Positions 29,912 through 39,487 of a stretch of DNA of 64,000 nucleotides are shown piece by piece. The position numbers were made by a program, and so were the translations under genes. The notes beneath the pieces are model-generated. The model did no database searches and was not told where the DNA came from. It saw only the letters and a program-made list of their open reading frames with translations. Where the stretch lies: NCBI GenBank assembly GCA_965285945.1, contig CBDIWP010000044.1, positions 42,462-106,461 of the forward strand, given 5' to 3'. This DNA is from an uncultured bacterium (GTDB lineage: Bacteria; Nitrospirota; Nitrospiria; Nitrospirales; Nitrospiraceae). Each line of letters starts with the position of its first letter. Position 1 is the first letter of the stretch.

Positions 29912-30379
29912 ATGGCGAAGGAACTGGCGATCGGCGATCGAGCTCCGGAACTGGGCATTCCCGATCAAGACGGTAAACAGGTCACGTTGAAGGATCTCAA
30001 GGGCAAGCAGGTCGTGCTATATTTCTATCCGAAGGACGATACGCCGGGGTGCACGCAAGAGTCCTGCGACTTTCGCGACTCGCTGGCGCCGATCAAGAAG
30101 GCGGGCGCCGTCATTCTGGGCGTGAGCCTGGACAGCCAGACGTCGCATCAAAAGTTCATTAAAAAGTATACGCTGCCCTTTCCCCTGCTGAGCGATGCCG
30201 ACAAGACCGTCGCCCAAGCCTACGGCGTCTATAAAGAGAAGAGCATGTACGGCAAGAAATATTGGGGCATCGAACGCAGCACCTTCGTCATCGATCAGGA
30301 CGGTATCCTCAAGCGCATCTTCAGGAAAGTCAAAGTCGACGGCCATGTGGATGAGGTCCTCGCCGCCTTGAAGGCGTGA
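29912..30379 (+). CDS. bcp: Thioredoxin-dependent peroxiredoxin Bcp
   Basis: LYFYPKDDTPGCT..C.FRD, RSTFVID. Confidence 0.96.
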   Translation: MAKELAIGDRAPELGIPDQDGKQVTLKDLKGKQVVLYFYPKDDTPGCTQESCDFRDSLAPIKKAGAVILGVSLDSQTSHQKFIKKYTLPFPLLSDADKTVAQAYGVYKEKSMYGKKYWGIERSTFVIDQDGILKRIFRKVKVDGHVDEVLAALKA

Positions 30380-30383
30380 TGCC

Positions 30384-31298
30384 GTGGCGCCCCCTCTGAT
30401 TCTCGTCCTCCGGTCCTCCCCGTCCAGGCGGTTTCTGATCAGGTCTCTCCTCCCGGCCGGCCGGTTGGCCGTCCTCTGCGCGCTGCTCACGTCCGCCAGC
30501 GCGGTCGCCGCCGAGAAAGCCGCCGTGACGGTCTGGGTCAAAGACGGGTTGGCCATGTCCAATCAACCGGTCACCATCGAGGCCGAACTCCTCTCGCACG
30601 GCCTCTTGTCCCAGCAAGGGATGGGCGGGGAACCGCTCGAACTCGTGGTGCGCGGCGAGGTGGTGGCCAGGGCCATGACCGGCGGAGACGGCCGGGCACG
30701 CTTGAGCTATACCCCGAAGGGGCTGGGCGTGGTGCCGGTCCAGGTGCGGGTCGGAGAGAGCCCGCGCGTGGCCCCGGCCGAGGGAACCGCCAATCTCGTC
30801 GTCTGGGAACGTCGCAATCCCATCGTCGCGGTGGAAGTGGCTTCATTGATCGAGACGCCGTCCCAACAGCTCCCTCTTCCGGGTGCCGGACTGGCGATGG
30901 GACTGGATCCCACACCGCTGCCCGACGCGGCGGAGGAACTGGGGAAGCTGACGCAGTTTTACTACCGCGTGGTCTATGTGGTCGCGTCGCCGGCGGGAGC
31001 GGACGGGTTTCATGTCGGCGCGCAGGCCCGGGACTGGCTGCAGACGCACACATTCCCGACCGGCTACGTGCTCGTGCTCCCGCCCGGCGAACAGGCCTGG
31101 GGCGAAAAGCTCGATGAGCTGCATGCCGCCGGGTGGACCACCATCAAGATCGGCATCGGTCGATCCAAAGCCTTCGCCGAAACCTTTCTGCAACGGCGTC
31201 TCGAGGCCGTGATGGTGCCGGAGCCCAAGAAAGGCGAAACTCCCCGCAAAGCGAAGATCGCAAAGACCTGGAAGGACATCCGAAAGACGCTCCAGTAA
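30384..31298 (+). CDS. Exported hypothetical protein (Ig-like domain plus degenerate HAD-like domain)
   Basis: Long ORF in operon with bcp, signal-like N-terminus, MTGGDG.A; start uncertain. Confidence 0.65.
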   Translation: MAPPLILVLRSSPSRRFLIRSLLPAGRLAVLCALLTSASAVAAEKAAVTVWVKDGLAMSNQPVTIEAELLSHGLLSQQGMGGEPLELVVRGEVVARAMTGGDGRARLSYTPKGLGVVPVQVRVGESPRVAPAEGTANLVVWERRNPIVAVEVASLIETPSQQLPLPGAGLAMGLDPTPLPDAAEELGKLTQFYYRVVYVVASPAGADGFHVGAQARDWLQTHTFPTGYVLVLPPGEQAWGEKLDELHAAGWTTIKIGIGRSKAFAETFLQRRLEAVMVPEPKKGETPRKAKIAKTWKDIRKTLQ

Positions 31299-31329
31299 GC
31301 GTCTGATCCTTCGTTTCCCCGCCGCGCCG

Positions 31330-32505
31330 TCATTCCGCCAGCAGTTCGGACAAGGGCTGCAGGTCCTCCACGTGCTCCGAGAAGACCTTCACCATCCCCA
31401 TGATCGGGATCGCCAGCAGCAACCCCCAGGGCCCCCACAGCCATCCCCAGAACAACAGCGCGATAAACACGACCGTCGCATTCATTTTGGCCAGCTTGCC
31501 GTTCATCCACGTGATGAGGACCAGCCCCACCAGCGTCGCGATGACCAGGGAACTGCCCGCCACCAGCAGCGCCATCGTGAAGGAGCCGAATTGGAGAAAG
31601 GCGGCCATGCCTGTGGCGAGCGCGGTCAGCGCGGGTCCCAGGTAGGGAACGAAGTGGAGCACGCCCGCCGCGGCGGCCCAGGCGCCGGCATTGTCCAGGC
31701 CGATCCAGCGAAAGACCACCCAGGTGAGCAATCCCAGCAGGACGTTGGCCAGGAGCAGCGTGAGCATATAGTGCTGGATGGACAGATGGATGTCGTCCAG
31801 GATGCTCACCGTGATCTTCTTTTTCGACAGCGACGGGCCCGTCACGCGCAGCAATTTTCGTTTGAACGTGTCACCGGACAAGAGGAGGAAAAAGACGAGC
31901 AGCAGCAACATGGCGGTTTCGCCGATGAGACCGAACATGCCCAGGGAGCCGGTCCAGAGGAAGTCCACCACTTTGAACTTCGGTTGCTCCACTACGATGC
32001 GGGCCGGCGGCTTTGAGGCCTGGTCGGCGGCCTGGCTGGTGGCCTGTTCAATTTCACGCGCCGCGGCCTGGACTTTCTGCATGGTGTTCGGTTCGGCGGC
32101 CAGGTCCTGGAGCGCGGCGGAGAGTTTGCCGGCGGCCTCGGGCACCTGGTCCAGGATTCGATCGACTTGGTCGCGCAACGACATCGTGCCGAGGATGCCC
32201 ATGCCGACCAGCGCCAGCATGACGAGGGTCGCCCCGACCACGCGCGGGATCCTGAGGCGCTCCAGCCACGCGACGAGCGGATTGAGCGTGTAGGCCATGA
32301 GGATGGCGAAGAGCAGCGGGATGAAAAACTTCTGGGCCGAGTGGAGCACAAAGAGCGTGGCCGCCGTGGCGACGAGAACCCGCGCCAGGCTGCGCCCGTC
32401 CAGCGATGGGACAGGATCGGCGGCGGAGGTCCATGTCGCGGGTGGAGCGGGGTCCGCCTGCGAGGCCGGTGCGGCCCCGGGTGTCTTCGCGCGGGGAGGG
32501 CTCAT
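31330..32505 (-). CDS. AI-2E family transporter
   Basis: PLV.WLER..IPR, FVPYLG, FWGWLWGPWGLLLAIP. Confidence 0.92.
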   Translation of the reverse strand: MSPPRAKTPGAAPASQADPAPPATWTSAADPVPSLDGRSLARVLVATAATLFVLHSAQKFFIPLLFAILMAYTLNPLVAWLERLRIPRVVGATLVMLALVGMGILGTMSLRDQVDRILDQVPEAAGKLSAALQDLAAEPNTMQKVQAAAREIEQATSQAADQASKPPARIVVEQPKFKVVDFLWTGSLGMFGLIGETAMLLLLVFFLLLSGDTFKRKLLRVTGPSLSKKKITVSILDDIHLSIQHYMLTLLLANVLLGLLTWVVFRWIGLDNAGAWAAAAGVLHFVPYLGPALTALATGMAAFLQFGSFTMALLVAGSSLVIATLVGLVLITWMNGKLAKMNATVVFIALLFWGWLWGPWGLLLAIPIMGMVKVFSEHVEDLQPLSELLAE

Positions 32506-32541
32506 GACATCGGGTCCCGGTCGCAGCGGTAATGCCGGCCG

Positions 32542-32634
32542 CTACCGCAGGATGCCGAAAAACCAGAGGAGCACCAGCAGACTGGCCGGTACTCCCAGCA
32601 GCCACAGTAGAAAACCTTTTCCCATGGTACCCAT
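32542..32634 (-). CDS. 30-aa single-TM small protein MGTMGKGFLLWLLGVPASLLVLLWFFGILR
   Basis: Hand translation; GGAGGT RBS; below ORF-track cutoff; upstream of the AI-2E gene on the same strand. Confidence 0.75.
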   Translation of the reverse strand: MGTMGKGFLLWLLGVPASLLVLLWFFGILR

Positions 32635-32815
32635 CAACGCACCTCCAAGGTTGAAGTGACGGCTACAGGGACGACACTAATGACTACAACACAGCAATGA
32701 GAGCCGCCCTACTAGGAAAACCGATAGCCCCCTCGAATCTTCGGTTTCTTGGCCGGATTCCTGGTAGGATGGTGGCACAGTGGATGTGATCATGATCCAG
32801 AGAAAGGAACTGCCT

Positions 32816-33832
32816 TTGAATACCACGAAATTGGTTGCCGCATGTCTGGTGTGTGCGCTCATCGGAGTCCCGACAGTCTCCTTTGCCAAGGCGAGGGGCG
32901 GCGGCGGGGGCTATTCCAGCGGGTCGCGGAGCGGCGGCTCAGGCAGCTTCGGCAGCCGGGGTTCCCGCACCTACGATCAGAACGGCACAAAGCCGATGGA
33001 GCAATCGACCGCCCCCAAGCCGGCTACCGGCACGCCGCCGGCTCAGGCCGGCAGCCCGGCTCCGGCGGCGCAGGCCAATCCCTCGTTCCTGCAACGCCAT
33101 CCCTTGCTGGGCGGGATCGCCGCCGGCATCGCCGGATCCTGGATCGGCCATATGCTGTTCGGCGCCACCGAGAGCAGCGCGAAGACCAACGAAGCCGGGG
33201 AGCCGGTCGCAGGGTCCGAGCAGACGGCGGGCGGCCCGAATGTTACCGGCATCCTTTTCCTCATGCTGCTGGCCGGCGGGACGCTGTACTATTTCCTGAG
33301 AGTCCGGCGCACGCCCGCGCCCGTGTTGTCCGGCTTGAGCCGGCGCAGCGCGGCCGAGGGGTCCCTGTTGGCGACGGCCTCGCCGCTGAGCCTGCGGGCG
33401 GCGAGCGTCGATCCCGAGGTGACCTCCGCCGACAAGGCGGCCTTTCAGCAATTGCTCGTTGAGATTCAAACGGCCTGGGGCAAGCAGGATCTGGGCGGGT
33501 TGCGGCGCTTCGTCACGCCCGAGATGCTGGCGTACTTCAGCGCGGCCTTGGCCGAGCAGACCAGTCAGGAACTGGACAACCGCGTGGAAGATGTCGTGCT
33601 CGTCGAAGCCGACGTACAGGAAGCCTGGACGGAACAGTCAGTCCACTACGTCACCGCCCGGCTGCGCTGGACGGCCCGCGACTATACCCTGTCCATGACG
33701 AAGCAGCGCGGAGAGCCGGGCTATGTCGTCGAGGGGAGCGAAGAGACGCCGGTCGAAACAACCGAGGTCTGGACCTTCATGCGCCACGAGAACGGGAAGT
33801 GGCTGCTCTCCGCCATTCAGCAACCGGCGTAG
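32816..33832 (+). CDS. Tim44-domain protein
   Basis: Signal peptide, GSFGSRGSRT, GGIAAG, IQ.AW..D...L..TPEM, EVWTF.R..W.LSAIQQ; TTG start after AAGGA. Confidence 0.9.
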   Translation: MNTTKLVAACLVCALIGVPTVSFAKARGGGGGYSSGSRSGGSGSFGSRGSRTYDQNGTKPMEQSTAPKPATGTPPAQAGSPAPAAQANPSFLQRHPLLGGIAAGIAGSWIGHMLFGATESSAKTNEAGEPVAGSEQTAGGPNVTGILFLMLLAGGTLYYFLRVRRTPAPVLSGLSRRSAAEGSLLATASPLSLRAASVDPEVTSADKAAFQQLLVEIQTAWGKQDLGGLRRFVTPEMLAYFSAALAEQTSQELDNRVEDVVLVEADVQEAWTEQSVHYVTARLRWTARDYTLSMTKQRGEPGYVVEGSEETPVETTEVWTFMRHENGKWLLSAIQQPA

Positions 33833-33867
33833 ATCTCACCGGCCGATCGATACCATAAGATCCATTG

Positions 33868-33916
33868 CGGGGGCCGTGCTGTCTTGGCGATCCAGGACAG
33901 GACGGCCCCCGTTTTT
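33868..33916 (+). terminator. Rho-independent terminator
   Basis: CGGGGGCCGT..ACGGCCCCCG long stem followed by TTTTT. Confidence 0.85.
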
Positions 33917-34085
33917 ATGAGGGCTCCCGCTCAACATCGTCCTGCCGTTCCTGACGTTTTCCGGTAGGTCCATACGGCCCGTCCTGTGTCTGTCTGCGCC
34001 TAGGCATTTTGCTAGTCCCCTAAGTCATTTCCGTACGAGAGTATGAGGAGACACCGTTGATCTATCTCAATCGAAGGAGGCACCC

Positions 34086-34400
34086 ATGTTGAAATCCCTG
34101 ATGTTATCAGCGCTCGCAGCCGGACTCTTGAGCTTCGGCCTCGGGCCGGCGCAGGCGGCCGATCCAATGGCCGAGAAGGAAGCCTCGCCTACATTGAAGG
34201 AACGCATCACGAAGGATTCCGTCAAGGGCACCTTAATGAAGGTGGAAGGAGAGTATTATTGGATCAAGGATGACGACGGCCAGCAGACCAAGATCCATGT
34301 CGATAAGAGCACGAAGCTGGATAAGGTCGTCGTGGGAGACAAGGTCAAAGCCTTCATCACCGACAAGGGGCATACGACCACGCTGCAACGAGCTGATTGA
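34086..34400 (+). CDS. Exported small OB-fold-like hypothetical protein
   Basis: AGGAGG RBS, signal peptide AQA. Confidence 0.8.
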   Translation: MLKSLMLSALAAGLLSFGLGPAQAADPMAEKEASPTLKERITKDSVKGTLMKVEGEYYWIKDDDGQQTKIHVDKSTKLDKVVVGDKVKAFITDKGHTTTLQRAD

Positions 34401-34456
34401 TGGGTTGACCGGAACCTGACGCCGGCTGCCGCCGGCGTCGCACAAGGAGCGTGTCG

Positions 34457-34639
34457 ATGGCGCGCTATGGCAAGGGGGCCAAGAAGTCCGTCAAGCAGGC
34501 GATGCACAAGCGGAAAAAAGGCACGCTGAAGAGCGGCAAGGCCGGCAAACCGGTCAAGAGCCGGAAGCAGGCGATCGCGATCGGCCTATCGGAAGCCAGG
34601 CGCAAAGGCGCCAAGGTGCCGAAAAAGAAAGCGGCATGA
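34457..34639 (+). CDS. Small basic protein (DUF6496-like)
   Basis: KKGTLKSG..VKSRKQAIAIGLSEAR..GAKVP. Confidence 0.85.
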   Translation: MARYGKGAKKSVKQAMHKRKKGTLKSGKAGKPVKSRKQAIAIGLSEARRKGAKVPKKKAA

Positions 34640-34700
34640 CCCGTCTTCGGCCCCCCCCGGCGCGCCCGATATCGTTCGGTGAACCAACGGCGCGAACGAG

Positions 34701-34952
34701 ATGCAGACCGTCAGTCTGATTTGGGGAATCCTCGCGCTGGTGGGTATGTTAGTGGCGTTTGTGCCTTTTTATGGCGCGCTGAACTGGCTGCTCATTCCCT
34801 TTGCCGGCATCGGCGCGATCGTGTCGGCGGTTGCGGCGGGAACGGCGCCGCCCGCCGTCAGCAAGGGCAAGAGCATCGCCGGCCTCATCTGCTGCGGCAT
34901 CGCCACCATCTTCGGGCTCATCCGCCTCGTCGTGGGCCTCGGGATGTTTTAA
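34701..34952 (+). CDS. Small three-TM membrane protein
   Basis: Hydrophobic ORF, LNWL.IPFA..G. Confidence 0.75.
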   Translation: MQTVSLIWGILALVGMLVAFVPFYGALNWLLIPFAGIGAIVSAVAAGTAPPAVSKGKSIAGLICCGIATIFGLIRLVVGLGMF

Positions 34953-35285
34953 GCCCTGCTCCGTAAGACCCATTCCGTTCCAATTCCTTCCACAGCGCCT
35001 GCGCTGGAGCGGCCTGAGATGCTCACACCGGAAGGAGGCATTGCGGCGCGCAGCGGTCCCGGCAAGACCCGGCCGGCGCTGCCGCTAGATTTCATCCCAT
35101 GGTGATTTCCCCTACAGTCGTCCTGACGCGCTCAAATTATTCCTTCTGTGGAACGATTGCAGCTTGACTCCGACGTTTGGCCCCCGTAGCGTTATTCACT
35201 CCATGGCAGCATCCATTTCGATGCGAGGTGGAAGCCGATCAGATTTACCGTGACGCCGGGGTGGTAGAACATTTTTACGTTGACG

Positions 35286-36776
35286 ATGTCCATCGAGTCA
35301 GTCCTGCTGGCCACGTCGGTGCTCCTGCTCCTCAGCGTGCTCGGCAGCAAGGCCTCCGCTCGGCTGGGAGTGCCGGCTCTCCTGCTCTTTTTGCTCCTGG
35401 GCATTCTGGCCGGATCGGAGGGGCCCGGGGGCATCGAATTCGACTATCCGCGGCTGGCCCAATCGCTCGGCGTCGTCGCCTTGATCTTCATTCTCTATGC
35501 GGGTGGCCTCGACACGGAATGGTCCTCCGTGCGTCCGATCATGTGGCAAGGCGTCGCCCTCTCGACCCTGGGCGTCGGCCTGACGGCGGTTCTGGTGGCC
35601 TGGTTCGCCGTCCGTGTGCTCGAATTCTCCTTATTCGAGGGGCTCATCCTCGGCTCGATCGTGTCCTCCACCGACGCCGCCGCGGTGTTTTCGGTCCTCC
35701 GGTCGCGCAGCGTCAGCCTGAAAAGCCCGATGAAACCACTCCTCGAGTTCGAGTCGGGCAGCAACGACCCGATGGCCGTCTTTCTGACGGTGGGGTTCAT
35801 CAGCCTGGTGGTGAACCAAGGATCCTCGCTCTTCGACTTGCTGCCCACATTTGCCTTACAGATGTCCGTCGGCGCCCTGGTGGGCTGGATAATGGGCAAG
35901 GGGATGGCTTATGCGATCAACCGGTCCCGGCTGGAGTATGACGGCCTCTATCCGGTTTTGAGTCTGTCGCTGGTCCTGTTCACGTACAGCCTCGCGGACG
36001 TCCTCGGCGGCAACGGCTTTCTGGCGGCCTATCTCGCGGGCCTGATGATGGGCAACAGCGCGTTCGTCCATAAAGTCAGTTTGACGCGCTTCCATGACGG
36101 CCTGGCCTGGCTGATGCAGATCGTCATGTTTCTCACGCTGGGGCTGCAAGTCTTTCCGTCGCGGCTCATCCCGATTCTCGGCATCGGCCTCCTGCTGTCG
36201 CTGTTCCTCATGCTGGTCGCGCGCCCCGTGAGCGTGTTTCTCACGCTGGCCTTCACCAACCGGAAGTGGAAAGAGAAAACGCTGATCTCCTGGGTCGGGC
36301 TGCGGGGCGCCGTCCCCATTATCCTGGCCACCTTTCCGATCCTCGCGGGCGTGCCTCAGGCGGACACGATCTTCCATATCGTGTTCTTCATCGTCCTGAC
36401 CTCGGTCCTGCTCCAGGGCACCACCTTGCCCTCGGTGGCGCGATGGCTCGGATTGGACGCCCCCCTGCCGCCGCCGCAATTTTCATTGCCCTTGGAGTCA
36501 CCGGAGGGGATTCGTACGGGTCTGGCGGAAATCACGATCTCGCCCACATCGAACGCCGCCGGGAAGCAGATCGTGGAGCTGGGACTTCCCAAAGAGGTCG
36601 TGATCATGATGATCGCCCGGGACAAACATGCCTTCATCCCGACGGGGCGGTCGTTCCTGCAGCCCTACGACCAGCTGTTGATCTTCGCCGATAGCGACAT
36701 GCTCACTGAAACGATGAAGATCATCGACGGCCTCGATCCGCAGCGGCTCCCGGGACCCAGGGGCGATGTGGTATAG
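35286..36776 (+). CDS. cvrA: K+/H+ antiporter NhaP2/CvrA with TrkA-C domain
   Basis: GSEGPGGI.F, SSTDAAAVFS, ESGSNDPMA, GLRGAVPI.LA. Confidence 0.92.
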   Translation: MSIESVLLATSVLLLLSVLGSKASARLGVPALLLFLLLGILAGSEGPGGIEFDYPRLAQSLGVVALIFILYAGGLDTEWSSVRPIMWQGVALSTLGVGLTAVLVAWFAVRVLEFSLFEGLILGSIVSSTDAAAVFSVLRSRSVSLKSPMKPLLEFESGSNDPMAVFLTVGFISLVVNQGSSLFDLLPTFALQMSVGALVGWIMGKGMAYAINRSRLEYDGLYPVLSLSLVLFTYSLADVLGGNGFLAAYLAGLMMGNSAFVHKVSLTRFHDGLAWLMQIVMFLTLGLQVFPSRLIPILGIGLLLSLFLMLVARPVSVFLTLAFTNRKWKEKTLISWVGLRGAVPIILATFPILAGVPQADTIFHIVFFIVLTSVLLQGTTLPSVARWLGLDAPLPPPQFSLPLESPEGIRTGLAEITISPTSNAAGKQIVELGLPKEVVIMMIARDKHAFIPTGRSFLQPYDQLLIFADSDMLTETMKIIDGLDPQRLPGPRGDVV

Positions 36777-37018
36777 CCGGGACAGGACGAGATCAGACGG
36801 GTCGGCAGCACGCCGGTTCCTCGGCCGATCCGCACAGCTTGGTCAGGCACTCGCAGCGGACAGCGCGTGAGTAAGCGCAGTCCCGAAACACCTTGTCCGG
36901 GTAACCGGCTTGCCGGTTCAGACGCCACCCACTCCGCTGCTTGTCCATCTAGGGCTTTTACCGGTCCCCTTGGTCGTAGTCTTTCCCTAGAAATACAGAA
37001 GAAATACAGATGGCCAGG

Positions 37019-37093
37019 GGTCCCATCGTCTAGCCTGTCAGGACGTCGGCCCTCAAGCCGGAAACATGGGTTCAAATCCCGTTGGGACCACCA
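37019..37093 (+). tRNA. tRNA-Glu(CTC)-like, atypical (probable pseudo-tRNA)
   Basis: Acceptor GGTCCCA/TGGGACC-A-CCA and T arm ATGGG-TTCAAAT-CCCGT; anticodon loop only 6 nt (CCTCAA) and D loop lacks GG. Confidence 0.75.
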
Positions 37094-37105
37094 CCCGTAT
37101 ACCGA

Positions 37106-37179
37106 GGCGCCGTACCCAAGCGCGAAGGGCGCAGCCTGCAACGCTGCGATCAGCGGTTCAACTCCGCTCGGCGCCTCCA
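37106..37179 (+). tRNA. tRNA-Cys(GCA), atypical D loop
   Basis: GGCGCCG/CGGCGCC-T-CCA (U73), anticodon stem GCAGC/GCTGC with loop CTGCAAC, T arm AGCGG-TTCAACT-CCGCT. Confidence 0.85.
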
Positions 37180-37307
37180 TACCTCTGTCCGACCTCTATA
37201 ACCAACACGTTGCCGCCACGCGTTGGGATTCCTCGCGTCCTCCTCGCTGACCGAGCGCCCTCGTTCCCATTCCCGCTTCCCCCCCGAGCCATGTTATAAA
37301 CGACTCC

Positions 37308-38012
37308 ATGAATATCATTGCTTCGCTCACGATTCTGGTCCTCATGCTTCCCTGTGTTCATCCCCTGGCCCTCACCGGAGCGGCCGCTGCGGAGACGCTT
37401 GAACAGCAGCTGCAAACCTTGTTGCCGCAGAAAGGTGCTCATGCGTCCGATCCCGCCTTCCTCCTGCGCCTGGCCGATCTCTACCTCGATGTGGGCGACA
37501 ACGGATCTCAGGAGGGCAAGGCGCGGCAGGCCGCGTACGAAGCAGGGGCGGGGCTGGCGAAGCAGGCGATTGACCTGCATGAGCCGAATGCGCACGCGCA
37601 TTACCTCTATGCCGCCAATCTCGGGAGCGCGGCCCAGCTTAAAGGGCTGATGGCCTCGGCCTTCACCGTCAAGGAAATCCAGCAGCACGTGAAGCGGGCG
37701 TTGGTACTGAACCCGCGCCATCCGGCGGCCTTGCATATGATGGGACGGATGCTGGACGAGCTGCCCTGGGTGTTGGGCGGGGATGCCACGGCCGCGCTGG
37801 ACTATCTGCGCCGCGCAGTCGAAGCGGATCCCGCCTACCTGCATGCCCGGGTGGATCTGGCGAAGGCGTACCTCAAGCGGGACGAAGTCCTGTTAGCCCG
37901 CAAAGAACTGACCTTCGTGCTCGAACAGCCGCTCGGTCCGGATCCCTCGCCCGGCGCACGCCGCCATCGCGCGGAAGCGCAACGGTTGCAGGACTCGCTG
38001 AACAAACCATAG
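37308..38012 (+). CDS. Exported TPR protein
   Basis: Signal peptide; AHYLYAANLG, ALVLNP, LPWVLGGD..A...L.RA...DP. Confidence 0.82.
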   Translation: MNIIASLTILVLMLPCVHPLALTGAAAAETLEQQLQTLLPQKGAHASDPAFLLRLADLYLDVGDNGSQEGKARQAAYEAGAGLAKQAIDLHEPNAHAHYLYAANLGSAAQLKGLMASAFTVKEIQQHVKRALVLNPRHPAALHMMGRMLDELPWVLGGDATAALDYLRRAVEADPAYLHARVDLAKAYLKRDEVLLARKELTFVLEQPLGPDPSPGARRHRAEAQRLQDSLNKP

Positions 38013-38049
38013 CGGCGAGCGAGGGAAGTCTCTCGCGCCCGTGTCTCTC

Positions 38050-38850
38050 TCACTGGACGCCGAGAATCCACCCTTCGATCTGGGCGATGGGACGCTCGTC
38101 GGGGGCCAGACGGGGATCGAAAAACGCCGCGAGCCTGCCGTCACCATCCGCCAGGCGCAGCTTGGCGGCGACGGCATACGCATCCTGCTGATCCGCGGTG
38201 CGTCCTTCGGTCGGAAACTGGCCTCGCCACAAGCTGGGATAGGCTTCCGCGATCACAGACCCTCGTGCCCGTATGTGCCACCCATCGAACGGCCAGAAGT
38301 GCACCATCGGCGTCGGCGCCTGCCGGCGGATATAGCGCAGCCAGGGGAGACCGGCATGGGTCGATTTGGCGACGGAGCCCTGGCAATCGAAATGAAACAC
38401 CGACTTGGCGGCACGTGCGCGGAGTTCCGTCAACCGCCGCCACCGGGAATCACCGCAGCGAGCCTGCCCATTGCCACAGACTCCCTCTCGCACGAAATCG
38501 ACATAGGTATGGTCGCGATCGGTGGGCCAGTGATGCTGAAAGTCGTCGAGAAACGCCGGCCAGTCGTATGGCAAGCCGTAGCGCTGAAAATACGCGACTG
38601 GAAACGAAAAGCCATGGTCAATGCCGATCAGCGTCCTTGCCGGCTCCTGGAGGCGCGCGACCAGCCACTCAGCGAGTCCCCGGCGCGTCCAATATCGGCG
38701 AGGACTCGGCGGCGGCGGCACCTCATGCGGCAAGCCAACTCGATCCGCCATGTACACCCGCAGGCCTTTCAGGCTGGCATTGGGCGCTTCGGCGCCGGAA
38801 TAGTCGATCCCGATATACCGATCAAACAAGGCGTCATGAAGGGTGGCCAT
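38050..38850 (-). CDS. DUF429-like RNase H-fold hypothetical protein
   Basis: YIGIDYSGA, IGIDHGFSFP, HFWPFDGW, AEAYP, DQQDA, EGWILG. Confidence 0.75.
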   Translation of the reverse strand: MATLHDALFDRYIGIDYSGAEAPNASLKGLRVYMADRVGLPHEVPPPPSPRRYWTRRGLAEWLVARLQEPARTLIGIDHGFSFPVAYFQRYGLPYDWPAFLDDFQHHWPTDRDHTYVDFVREGVCGNGQARCGDSRWRRLTELRARAAKSVFHFDCQGSVAKSTHAGLPWLRYIRRQAPTPMVHFWPFDGWHIRARGSVIAEAYPSLWRGQFPTEGRTADQQDAYAVAAKLRLADGDGRLAAFFDPRLAPDERPIAQIEGWILGVQ

Positions 38851-38969
38851 GGTATTGAGAGACGGAGTTATTCTTCCGACGGGAGCCGCATAATCATGAC
38901 GGTTTATTCCCTCACTTGGAAGAGGGGAGATTCGGGCGGAGCGCCCGAAGGATGACCCCAGCATCCCAC

Positions 38970-38986
38970 TTTACGCATTGCGTAAA
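38970..38986. promoter_or_regulatory. Palindromic operator upstream of higBA
   Basis: TTTACGCA-T-TGCGTAAA perfect 8-bp inverted repeat just upstream of a -10-like GATACT. Confidence 0.7.
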
Positions 38987-39005
38987 ATAATGATACTTGC
39001 CTGCT

Positions 39006-39153
39006 GTGATCCGAGGGTTTGGAGACAAGAAGACGGAACTGCTGTTCGCTGGAGAGCACGTCAAGGAGTTCTCGGATTAACGATCAGTGGCGGATCTGTT
39101 TTGTCTGGTTGGCTGACGGGCCTCATGACGTCGAGATTGCCGACTACCACTGA
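39006..39153 (+). pseudogene. higB: HigB (RelE-family) toxin with internal deletion and frameshift
   Basis: MIRGFGDKKTELLFAGEHVKEFS in one frame joined to RINDQWRICFVW..GPHDVEIADYH* in another; the middle of the gene is missing. Confidence 0.9.
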
Positions 39154-39160
39154 AGAGGAG

Positions 39161-39487
39161 ATGAAGATGATAAAAAATGGTATGCGGCCCGTACATCCTG
39201 GAGAAGTGTTATTAGAGGAGTTTATGAAGCCGGCAGATCCGTCGATCAACGCCAATATGCTCGCCAAGGCCCTCGATGTTCCGGCAAACCGCATCACAGC
39301 CATTCTTAAGGGGCAGCGCAGCATTACAGGCGATACCGCAGTTCGTCTGGCAACGTTTTTCAATACCACCGCGGAATTCTGGATGAATCTACAGAAGACG
39401 TATGAACTGCGGATTGCAGAACGGGCGCTACCTGGGAGAGTTAAGAAGCATATTGAAGCGCAACGAAACCGCCTTGTTTCGGCATGA
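39161..39487 (+). CDS. higA: HigA-family antitoxin (HTH)
   Basis: PVHPGEVLLEEF, RSITGDTAVRLA.FF.TTAEFWMNLQ..YEL; GAGGAG RBS. Confidence 0.93.
   Translation: MKMIKNGMRPVHPGEVLLEEFMKPADPSINANMLAKALDVPANRITAILKGQRSITGDTAVRLATFFNTTAEFWMNLQKTYELRIAERALPGRVKKHIEAQRNRLVSA

Noticed and set aside
32772-32788. sigma54 promoter before the Tim44 gene (TGGCACAGTGGATGT)
   Set aside because: The -24 element is good but -12 reads GT rather than GC; unsupported.
37019-37093. Amber or opal suppressor tRNA that could read through the hsdR stop
   Set aside because: The loop is CCTCAA; no register gives a CTA anticodon, and the body is Glu-type, not Sec or Pyl.
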